Origin: Antechinus flavipes
Lineage: Eukaryota
Direction of reading: 5' to 3'
DNA: 64,000 bases
NCBI RefSeq assembly: GCF_016432865.1
Contig: NC_067402.1
Location: forward strand, 122,512,001 to 122,576,000
Shown piece after piece: positions 25,337 to 35,294 of the stretch. The translations under genes and the position numbers were made by a program. A model generated the notes under the pieces. That model was given only the letters and a program-made list of their open reading frames with translations, was not told where the DNA came from and searched no databases. The stretch's first letter is position 1. The number at the start of each line of letters is the position of its first letter.

Positions 25337-25530
25337 CATGGGATAGTCCCCAAATAGCTGATCTTGAAGCTGGGAAGACTTGGATTCAAGTACAGTCCCT
25401 AACATATGTTATCTGCTGCCAGTCAAGTGAATTAAACTTTTGGCCATAGGCAATTTAGATTATAAAATGCAAAGAAGGTGCTGTTTTGCATTGAAAAAAT
25501 AGTAATTCCCTTTACCTATGACTCTGCCCC
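25337..25530 (+). mobile_element. CORE-SINE (MdoRep1-like)
   Basis: gggaagacttggattcaag...ggcaatttagattataaaatgcaaagaaggtgctgttttgcattg...tccctttacctatga. Confidence 0.65.
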
Positions 25531-25805
25531 CTTTCAAACTATTGAAAATATAAAGTAGAAGCCCTCATTAACAATAACATTAGTTAAAAAGCTAATAACA
25601 TTATAATAGTCCAAACTCCTCATTTTGTGATGAGAACTGAGAAGACATGGTAGAACTGACGCTGGAAAAATTGTAAATAACTTGAAAGAGGTGAGTCAAG
25701 AGGCATTCACTAATTATTTTTTTTCTAATTTTAGTTTTATTTTTATTGACATGATTTGTTTGTAATCATCTTCCTTTCTGAACATATCTTTCCCTTGTAA
25801 GAGAG

Positions 25806-26525
25806 TTTTTTTAATATTTTATTTTATTTTATAATAACTTTATATTGACAGAATCCATGCCAGGGTAATTTTTTTTACATTATCCCTTGCACTCATTTCT
25901 GTTCCGATTTTTCCCCTCCCTCCCTCCACCCCTCCCCCAGATGGCAAGCAGTCCTATATATGTTAAATATGTTGCAGTATATCCTAGATACAATATATGT
26001 TTGCAGAACCGAACAGTTCTCTTGTTGCATAGGGAGAATTGGATTCAGAAGGTAAAAATAACCCGGGAAGAAAAACAAAAATGCAGATAGTTCACATTCT
26101 TTCCTAGTGTTCTTTCTTTAGGTGTAGCTGCTTCTGTCTGTCATTTATCCATTGAAACTCAGTTAGGTCTCTTTGTCAGAGAAATCCACTTCCATCAGAA
26201 TCCATCCTCATACAATATCCTTGTCGAAGTGTATAATGATCTCCTGATTCTGCTCATTTCACTTAGCATCAGTTCATGTAGGTCTCTCCAAGCCTCTCTG
26301 CATTCATCCTGCTGGTCATTTCTTACAGACCAATAATATTCCATAACATTCATATACCACAATTTACCCAGCCATTCTCCAATTGATGGGCATTCATTCA
26401 TTTTCCAGTTTCTAGCCACTACAAACCGGGCTGCCACAAACATTTTGGCATATACCGGTCCCTTTCCTTCTTTAGTATTTCTTTGGGATATAAGCCCAAT
26501 AGAAACACTGCTGGATCAAAGGGGG
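25806..26525 (-). mobile_element. Relatively young L1 (L1-1_SH-like), 5'-truncated: ORF2 C-terminus + 3'UTR
   Basis: ORF 26195..26443 is the L1 ORF2 end (FVVARNWKMNECPSIGEWLGKLWYMNVMEYY...); 3'UTR closely matches 59960-60350; TSD ggcatt(c/t)actaatta at 25702-25716 and 26525-26539. Confidence 0.95.
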
Positions 26526-27329
26526 GCATTTACTAATTAAATCGGGGCTAAAATAAATGCCTCCTGACTCCCAAGTATGTATCAAGTTTAAGATTTCCAG
26601 GTACCACTCCCAATACAAAGAATTCATTACCTTGTGTCCAACTTGTTAGTCATGAGCATTTCTATATTTTGCCAGTCTCAATAATTAATTTTTGCAACCA
26701 TTGAACTCAAAATCTTTACAGTTTGAGAGGACCATCAAGTTTGCCCTCCATTGACTGCCTAGGCAATCCTAATACCCACTTCCATAGACTAGAGTAGAAA
26801 ATTTAAAATCACAGAATTAAAAGCAAAACTTGAAACTAATGTAATTTTAAGGAATCCTTAATAAATGAAGTATGAAGAAAGAATATCACTAGTAACATCA
26901 TTTTTGTAGTATGGAAGTGGTATGGTTTATTTATAAACATTAAGGATATTTGAATAGGATTTAAGTGATATCTTTTGATCCTCAAAAAGTTCATTTCAAA
27001 ACTTTCTTTACCTATATTAATAATTATCACTTTGATTTGTATAGTGCTTTAGAAGTTGCACAGTGATTTCATATTTCATCTCTTTTAATTATAAGGAATC
27101 TGATTCTTTTAAAAATTTAATTTCCCTTAAAGTTAGGAAATGTAAGACAAAGAAGAATCCAGTGCCAAAGAGCTCATCAGTGATAGCTTTGGCTCTAGAA
27201 TCCTTTGAACATTCTGCAAAAGTATTTCTATTAAAGGAATTATTTAAAGTTTTCCATTTAACAAGGAATAAAATTACTTTATGTGAGGAAGAGGTAGAAA
27301 TCAGAAAACTGTGGGATCCATTAATATCC

Positions 27330-27513
27330 TCCTCCTCAATCTTTTTCTCCCTCCTTCCTTCTCTCCTTCCTCTCTCTTCTACCCCCTTTCCCTTTTTCCC
27401 TTTCATTCAACTCTCCCTCTTTCTTTTCTCTTCTCTTTCTATCTCTCGCATTTATCTTCTCTGTCTCCATCTCTCTCCTCCTTTCCCTCACCTTCTCCAT
27501 CCATCTCTCTCAT

Positions 27514-27564
<51 letters not shown>

Positions 27565-27655
27565 GTCTCTCTCTCTCTCTCTCTGCTTTTCCTTCTCTCT
27601 TCTCCTCTATTTTTCCTTCTTTTTCTCCCTCTCCCTTTCTTTTCTCCTCCTTTCA
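27330..27655. repeat. Long polypyrimidine tract including (TC)n at 27516-27584
   Basis: Direct read; source of ORFs 27063..27716 and 27311..27706. Confidence 0.92.
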
Positions 27656-28019
27656 AATACCTACAAATTTGCTCAAAAAAGTCCTACCTACTCTATGTCT
27701 GTATAAGATTTTGTAAAATAAATTTGATCTCCTTTGACTCAGCTCACATGAAGAGCTTTCTGAAGACTCCAGCCATAGCAGTTGTTACTGTGCCAGAAGC
27801 TGTGCAAGATGCTGAGGATAGAAACACAAAAATGACCATCTGTCCTCAAAGAGCTTATATTGTATGGCAGAAACAGCATGTAAATTTACAAATATATGCA
27901 GACACATTATACACAAGGTAACTTTACTGGGGGTAAGGAACTAGCAGCTGGGTAAAAACTGGAAAAATCCTCATTGTAAAAGGTTACACTTAAGTCATTT
28001 GGTTCTTTGTCAAACATTA

Positions 28020-29420
28020 TTAAGTTCCTGCACTGTAGCAGGCACTGAGTTAAGTACTAGGGATACAAAGAAAAACTAAAAATTGTTCCTTTTCTTTTTT
28101 TCTGAAGCAATTGGGGTTAAATGACTTGCCCAGGGTCACACAGCTAAGAAATGTTAAGTGTCTGAGGCCAGATTTGAACTCAGGTCCCTCTGATTTCAGG
28201 GTTGGTGCTCTACCCACTACACCACGGAGGTATCCCAACTGTCCCTATTTTTAAGAGGCTCTCAGGATAATGGGGAGACTAACTTTTAAGAGACAAACTT
28301 TATATAAGATAAATTGGAAAATATAAAGAGATGCAAGTCAGTGCTATTAAGATGGATTGGGAAAAAGATTATTATTATTTTATATATTATATTATATTAT
28401 ATTATAAAATTTGAATTGATTAAAATTGAATTGATATTATAAAAGATGAGATTTTATCTAGGACTTGAAGAAATAGAAATAAGAGAGGAGAGAATCATGG
28501 TCATGGGTAACAATCAGTAAAAATTTCTGGAAATTTGGAAAATGAAGTGTCCAAAGTGAGGGACAGCTAGGAAAACAGTGTCACTTGATCAGAGAGTACA
28601 TGAAGAGAAAGAAAGTACATTGTGGGAAAGCCAGGTATGTAAAGGGTTTTGAATGTCAGAATTTTATATTTGATCCTAAAAGTTAGAGAACACCATCAGA
28701 GTATACCAAATGATAGAGCAGTTTGACAGTTGAGTGGAGAATAGACTAGAGTATGGAGTGATTTAAGGCAGTAAGACTAGAAAGCTACTGTAATAGCCTC
28801 TCAGATTCAGTGGGTATAGGAGACTTCATGAGCTATCAACCCTGACAATATATTGTCCAGAGGTTTCCAGATGGAGAAGAGGGAAACTATGTCCAGAGAA
28901 CTTAGAGGACATTCTGTCTTTGCTTTATATCCTTGCTTTGTTTGGGCAGAGTAAATCTCCTTTGTTCTAGAATTCGTGAGTAACTCATTTTAGTCTAATA
29001 TTGAACCTGAACTAAGAGGACTCTGGGATTAGAGCTGTTCCTATAACAAATTCTTTGCAATGGCCATGGAACAAAGTGAGAAGACCCTATTCCAGGGTTA
29101 TAGCAGTGTCAGAAGAGAAAAGGGGGCTTTTAAGAAAGATGTGATAAAGGTAAAATCAACAGGATTTAACAAATTTGAATGGAAGGTGGTACCCCAAGTT
29201 TGTGGGTCTGAATGACTAGGTGGATGGTGATGCATTAACAGTATTAAAATGTTAGGAAAGACAGAGAGATGGGAGTTAGAAGGAAAGATAATGAGTTCGA
29301 TTTTGGACATGTCCAGCTTAAGTTGTCTAAGAGATATCTAACTTGAGAGATTCAATAGCAGTTGCAGATGCAAGTGAGGAGATCAGGAGACAGATTAGAG
29401 CCTAGTCTGAACATTGGAAT
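28020..29420 (-). mobile_element. L2 fragment with two nested insertions
   Basis: L2 tail (taagttcctgcactgtagcaggcactgagttaagtactagggatacaaag) then L2 body (atatttgatcct, gataatgagttcgattttggacatgt). Confidence 0.85.
28090..28236 (-). mobile_element. WSINE1, full length, nested in L2
   Basis: Poly-T, gaagcaattggggttaaatgacttgcccagggtcacacagct...ggtgctctacccactacaccac; degenerate TSD aa(t/c)tgt(t/c)cct. Confidence 0.92.
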
Positions 29421-29769
29421 AAGCTAAAGTTCCTAATAGATTATGGTGCAAAGCATGAAAGGTAGCTGCAAAGCATATTGACAACAATTATGTTTTCCCT
29501 GGCTATAATTAAATGCATTTTCTTATGGAAATTTTTACCAGATATGTTTTTAATGTTTCAAATATTTTCTGCATTTTCTTTTCTTATGCTCTTGTTTTGA
29601 CAGATGCATAGGAGATATTTATGTATCTGCATTATACGAGTGCCTGCATTTATCAGCAGACAATAATATATAAAATGTATATATCAAATTTTATAGAATT
29701 ATTCATTTCATAGTGCCAGGCAAAGATGGACAGGATTAAAGTATCCTAGCCATTTATGGAGAAGAGAAT

Positions 29770-30450
29770 ATTTAAAAGTTGTCTATCAGAAGCAAAACAT
29801 AGATCAATATCTGATATCATATATATCAAGACAAGCTCAAAATGGCCACATAATTTAGACAGATAAAGAGATAAAACAAGCAAATTAAGGAGCACAGAAA
29901 ATTTTATTTTTCAGATCTATGGATAGGGGAAGACTTCATGACTAAATAAAAGATAGCAAGGATCACAGGAAGCAAAATAAGTAATTTTTATTACACTAAA
30001 TTTAAAGGTTTATTTTTTCAAAAACAAAATGCAGCCAAAATTAAAAGAAAAACAGTAAAATAAGGACATATAGCAAATGTCTCCCATAAAGGTCTTCATT
30101 TATCAAATATATAGCAAACTAAGCCAAATTTATAAAAAAAAATAAGAGCTAGTTGACCCTCATGTAACCTAGTTGACAAATGACCAAATATTGTGAACAA
30201 GCAGTTTTCAAAAGAAGAAATCAAAGGTCTCAATAGTCATGAAAAAAAAATGCTTCAAATCACTATTGATTAAAGAAATGCAAATTAAAACAATTTTGAG
30301 ATAAAACTTTATATCCATCAGATTGACTAACATGATAGAAAAGGGAAATGTCAAATTCTGGAGGGGCTATGGACAAATAGGAACACTAATGCACTGTTGG
30401 TACAGTTGTGAACTGGTCCAACTATTCTGGAAAACAGTTTGGAACTACAT
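29770..30450 (+). mobile_element. Old L1 ORF2 3' region
   Basis: acaagcagttttcaaaagaagaaatcaaagg...aaatcactattgattaaagaaatgcaaattaaaacaa...gaacactaatgcactgttggt. Confidence 0.85.
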
Positions 30451-30569
30451 TGAAGGGATTGTTGTGAATTTTTGAAGGGATTGAATTGAACTATGTTAAA
30501 GGGATTATTGTGAAGGAATTTAGTGAAGCAAAATGAATTTCCCCATTGGCCATATTCAAAAATATATAT

Positions 30570-31490
30570 TTTTTAAATTTGTATCTCTCTGTCAGAAGAT
30601 GTATATAGCATGTTTCATTATCCATCTTCTGGAATCATAATTGGCCATTTGATAAGAGTTCTGAAGTATTCCAGAATTAGTTGTCTTTACCATGTTGTTG
30701 TTATTCTATAAATTGTCTCGTTAATGCTCACTTCGATCTATATCTGTTCACACAAGTCTTCCTAGCTTTTTCGGAAACTGTACCCTTCATTTCTTATAGC
30801 ATGGTAATATTCCATTATATTCATATTACATAATTTGTTCATCTACTTCCCTAGTTAATAGTCACTTCCTTAGTTTCCAAGTCTTTATCATCACAAATGT
30901 GACTACCGTAAATATTTTTTCAAATATGAAGCTTTTTCCTCTTTCTTTGTTTTCTTTAGAAGTATAGCCTACTAATATTATGGAAGATAAATTTAAATTG
31001 CTTTCCAATCTAGGTTACACTAATTCACAACTCTACCAAGAGTATATACATGTGTCTGTTTTCTACAGAACCTCCAGTATTTGTCATTTGTCATTTTCTT
31101 TTCTTTTTTTTTTTGCCAACTTTGCCAATCTGATTGATTTGAGGTAGAACCCCAAAATTGCTTTAATTTGTGTTTTTCTAATTATTGGTGTTTCAGAAAA
31201 GATTTATTCCTCTGAAACTGAATATTCACATCCTTCAACCATGTATCAGTTAGGAATTGACTCAAAGTTTTTTATATGTCTTTGAAGTAAGATTTTTTAA
31301 TCAAATAAACTTGCTACAAAGACTATATTTACAGATACCTGATTCCTCACAAAATTTAGCTTTCTTGTATAAAATGTTTTTAAGTAATCAAAGTTGTCGT
31401 TTTATATTCTCTGATCCCTTATATCTCTTATTTGTGAGCTACTATGCACATTTTCTTCTGTGTGTTCTGTAAATATTCTATTTTCCTGAT
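30570..31490 (-). mobile_element. Old L1 ORF2 end + 3'UTR
   Basis: atttcttatagcatggtaatattccattatattcatattacataatttgttc...ttgccaatctgattgatttgaggtagaacc...ttgctttaatttgtg. Confidence 0.85.
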
Positions 31491-32049
31491 TAACTTCTTA
31501 ATTTAATATTAATGTTTTAGAAAAGAAAGAAATGTTTTGTCATTTTTATAGCCTCTGAGAAGTCATAAGGTCATTAAATACAAGAGGCAGAGAGTACTTT
31601 TAGTATCTGATATATTTCTTTTATTTTACCAATGGGGAGAATGAGATTCAGAGAAATTTAAGGAACATTGGTTCAGATGGTAGATACTATTTCTTGAAAC
31701 TGAATCACTTCCATTTGAACTATCTTAGGAAGATTCTGAAGATTTTCTGGGAGGATGAGATACCAGACACTGAGATCCTGAAAACTAACCTGCCAACCAT
31801 TCAAACTCTGCTGTAGAGAGTGCAACTCTCTTGGGCAGACCATGTTGCTCAAATGCCAAATGTACATTTGTCAAATAGATTATTTTATGGAGAACTCACA
31901 TAGGTAAGGTATTCACATGGTGATCAGGAAAAGCAATACAAGGACAATCTCAAGGTTTCTCTTAAGAACTTTGGATTTGATTGTGTGACATGAGAAACAC
32001 TGCTACAGGACCATCCAGCATTGAAGACTCATTACAAAAGGTTCTGTGC

Positions 32050-32434
32050 ATTTGGAACTCTACTCAAAAAGTTACCAAACTGTGCATACCCTTTGATCCA
32101 GCAGTGCTATTACTGGGCTTATATCCCAAAGAGATTTTAAAGAAGGGAAAGGGACCTGTATGTGCCAAAATGTTTGTGGCAGCCCTCTTTGTAGTGGCCA
32201 GAAACTGTAAATTGAAAGGATGTCCATCAATTGGAGAATGGCTGAATAAACTGTGGTATATTAATGTTGTGGAATATTATTGTTCTTTAAGAAATAACCA
32301 GCAGGATGAATACAGAGAGGCTTGGAGAGACTTACATGAGCTGGTGCTGAGTGAAATGAGCAGAACCAGGAGATCATTATACACTTCAACAACCATACCC
32401 AAGTATATGTTTTGTATAGAAAAAGCTATAATAA
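32050..32434 (+). mobile_element. L1 ORF2 end with most of the 3'UTR missing
   Basis: Perfect 14-bp TSD aaaaggttctgtgc at 32036-32049 and 32435-32448; encodes IWNSTQKVTKLCIPFDPAVLLLGLYPKE...; AATAAA at 32430. Confidence 0.95.
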
Positions 32435-32518
32435 AAAAGGTTCTGTGCCCAATGAGCAAAGCAGAATGAAATTAGCTCAGAAGAAATACGAGATACACAA
32501 AGTTAGAGAATCCACCCC

Positions 32519-32849
32519 TGTGTTAGCACCCAGGATACTTTAGAATCAGCCAGAGTCAGGCTAAGTAAAAATCCTTGATCTTTATTCTTTGTGGATGTGA
32601 AAGTAATGGCCCCACGAAGTAAGAGGAATGGAGACACAAGTCCGGCCAGGAGTCACTCTGGCTTTCTTACTCCACCTTTTTATCCCTCCTCCTCATCTCT
32701 CTGTATACCAACAGATCAAGCCTGCACAGAATGGTGGGGCAGGCCATTTTCCAAGCAAATCCTAATAAGAGTATTGTCCATTTGGTAGTTAGCCTTAAGT
32801 GCTTGCTTGTTCGAACCTCAGTGCATCTGCTCACTTTCAGCCCAATACA
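32519..32849 (-). mobile_element. Solo ERV LTR (331 bp)
   Basis: TG...CA termini; perfect 6-bp TSD cacccc at 32513-32518 and 32850-32855; minus-strand TATA-like gataaaaa (~32677-32684) followed by AATAAA (32581-32586); the host RTE rejoins across it. Confidence 0.9.
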
Positions 32850-33624
32850 CACCCCAAATTTTCTTAGGGACGATTTGTGTCCAACCTGTGGCAGAGCGTT
32901 CTGTGCTTGTGTAACTTGACTCTGACATAATGATGTGTTCATTTTGGTCCTGTCCAAGAAAGAAGGGCAATAAGCAACCAACCAACTTTGGTTTATTGTC
33001 TTTCTCTCCACTCTTTACCCTCTCTCCTCCTCATCCTCCCATATACACAAAGTGTGTTTGTTCAGAAAAATCTTGTCTAATAGTTGCCATATATCTTTTT
33101 GGACAAATAAAGTCTCCTCTAAATCAGTGTACAAGTCTTATTTGTATAGGCTACATACCACTTGTATGTCTCTAAATTTTCAGATACATATAGTGTCTCA
33201 TATGGTTCCATTGCAGACGTTGATTTATTTCTCATTTCACTGCTCTTAATGGCCTCTATAATAATTTAGACCATGGATTACATACTCTTGGACTATTTTA
33301 GAGAACTTTTTTTTTTTTAATACTGTGATTTGCACAGTATCACCAAGGCCGCCTTCTAAGAGTATGTCTAGGCACTTATTCACATGTTCAACATAGGGTC
33401 CCTGAAACTCTTCCACCTCCTCCGCCCCCCATTTTTGGGGTAGTTATGGATGGTTTCTCTGATTTTTCTTTAAGGAAGAGGCTCTCTGCAGGTTAGCTTT
33501 CAGAAAAGCCGTTATATATGGAATCTATTGTAGTCTCTATGATACTAAGTAAATGTGCCCATTACAGACAATTAAGCACATAATGGTGAAACCAATCAGG
33601 AAGGTCCCCCCAAAACCTGGATAT

Positions 33625-33800
33625 GTCAGTGAATAAATGAATAAATAAATGGAAAGGCATTTATTAAGTGCTTACTATGTACAAAGCCTTCTCAGCACTG
33701 GGTACACAAGTAGAAAAGCAAGACAATCTCTGCCTCAAGAAGCTCACATTCTAAATTCTATTCTATTTTAAAAAGAAGCTCACATTCTAAAATAGGAAGA
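33625..33800 (-). mobile_element. L2 3' tail
   Basis: gaataaatgaataaataaatggaaaggcatttattaagtgcttactatgtac...ctctgcctcaagaagctcacattcta. Confidence 0.8.
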
Positions 33801-35098
33801 GAATACATTCAGGTGATTTCTATTTTAATTTCTGATGGAAAAGCATAGTTTGCAACAGCAGGCAGAAGGTAACACGGCTTCTTTAGTATCATTTCTATTA
33901 ATAAAACTATGTCTCTTTCCTACATTGAGCTATGACAGTGCCAAGGACTTTGGTGGCAAAATCTTTAATTTCTCGTTCTTCAGAATCTATGACTGCCAAG
34001 AAGTCAAGGGCTCTAACACCTACAGAGGTAGAAGCCAAGGCTCATCTCATAAAGAGTTGATGATGGCTGATGGCTGTAGTTGTCTGGGGGAGGGTTAGTG
34101 GGGAATGTTGTTATTCCCAGGGTCTCAGGTCTTTTCTGTCAATAAGTCTGTATGTCCACTTGATCTATGAAAACCCCTGCTCACACACTTTTCAGAGTTG
34201 ATTTATATACCTGCTTTGGTTATTCAGTGGTGCAATTTATACATATTTTTTCCATCCAAGTCTCATTAATGTATTGCCTTACATGAAATCACTTGAAATT
34301 TTATTTTGGATTTTGTTTTTGTTTTCATCTTGATAATCTGCCTCTATTAATATTCTGGGCTATGTTTCCTTTCTGTGAGGTCACTTTTTTAAATGAGGTG
34401 TTTTTATCGCTAAGAAAACAGCATTGTCCTTATTGATTTATATTAAAATAATTTGAAAAAAATAGGAGCCACAATGATTGTAGGTAGGTCTATTAAGAAA
34501 AAAAGTGAGTGAACTATCTAAATGGATATATGTGCATCAAGATTACGTTAATTTTTTTTAAAGCAGCAAGTTGATCTTTTTGAATATGAGTATATGTTAC
34601 TTTGGAACTCCACATGATAACCTATATGAATAAATTTAACTATTCTTTACAAATAATAACTGGATTTATATCATATTTCTTCCCATAATAATTATGCTAG
34701 AATTTTGTATAGATGTGTTCTTGTTTGGTGAAAATTTATTTCTCTTCTTCACCCCTTCCATCTGTTTCCAACCCTCCTCTTCCTTCATATCTCAAAACAT
34801 ATAAAAAATTAACTGAAGACTATTTGCTTCCAGATTCCTTATCGTTTATCGTTCAGGTTGTGGTGCTGTCTTGAATCAGTGTCTTTTCTCATCCCTATCT
34901 GAAGACAAAAAAAAAAAAAAAGGAAAGAAAGAAAAACGAAAAAAAAAGGCTTAATCTTGTGGGGTTAAATAAAAGAAGGAATGTAGTGAAGGAAAGGTTC
35001 CTTTCATTCAAACAGCATAGGATGTGGTGCAGTGATGACTGAAAGTGCCTGAGGGCATGTGGTCCCTATTGGTTCTCACATTGAATGCAATGATGCCC

Positions 35099-35294
35099 NN
35101 NNNNNNNNNNNNNNNNNNNNNNNNNNNNNNNNNNNNNNNNNNNNNNNNNNNNNNNNNNNNNNNNNNNNNNNNNNNNNNNNNNNNNNNNNNNNNNNNNNNN
35201 NNNNNNNNNNNNNNNNNNNNNNNNNNNNNNNNNNNNNNNNNNNNNNNNNNNNNNNNNNNNNNNNNNNNNNNNNNNNNNNNNNNNNNNNNNNNNN
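35099..35294. other. Assembly gap (196 N)
   Basis: Run of n. Confidence 1.

Larger units (their letters stand above)
31670..32986 (+). mobile_element. RTE-clade LINE 3' end, split by an L1 and a solo LTR
   Basis: RT C-terminal remnant (aactatcttaggaagattctgaag...ataccagacactgag...ttttatggagaactcaca...aaggtttctcttaagaactttgg) and RTE tail attttggtcc...gaaggg...caaccaaccaac. Confidence 0.9.

Noticed and set aside
27063-27716. 217-aa ORF with a Ser/Leu-rich tail
   Set aside because: Open only because the C/T tract cannot encode stops; no recognisable protein.
31981-32469. 162-aa ORF
   Set aside because: A chance in-frame chimera of RTE remnant, L1 ORF2 end and flank, not a gene.
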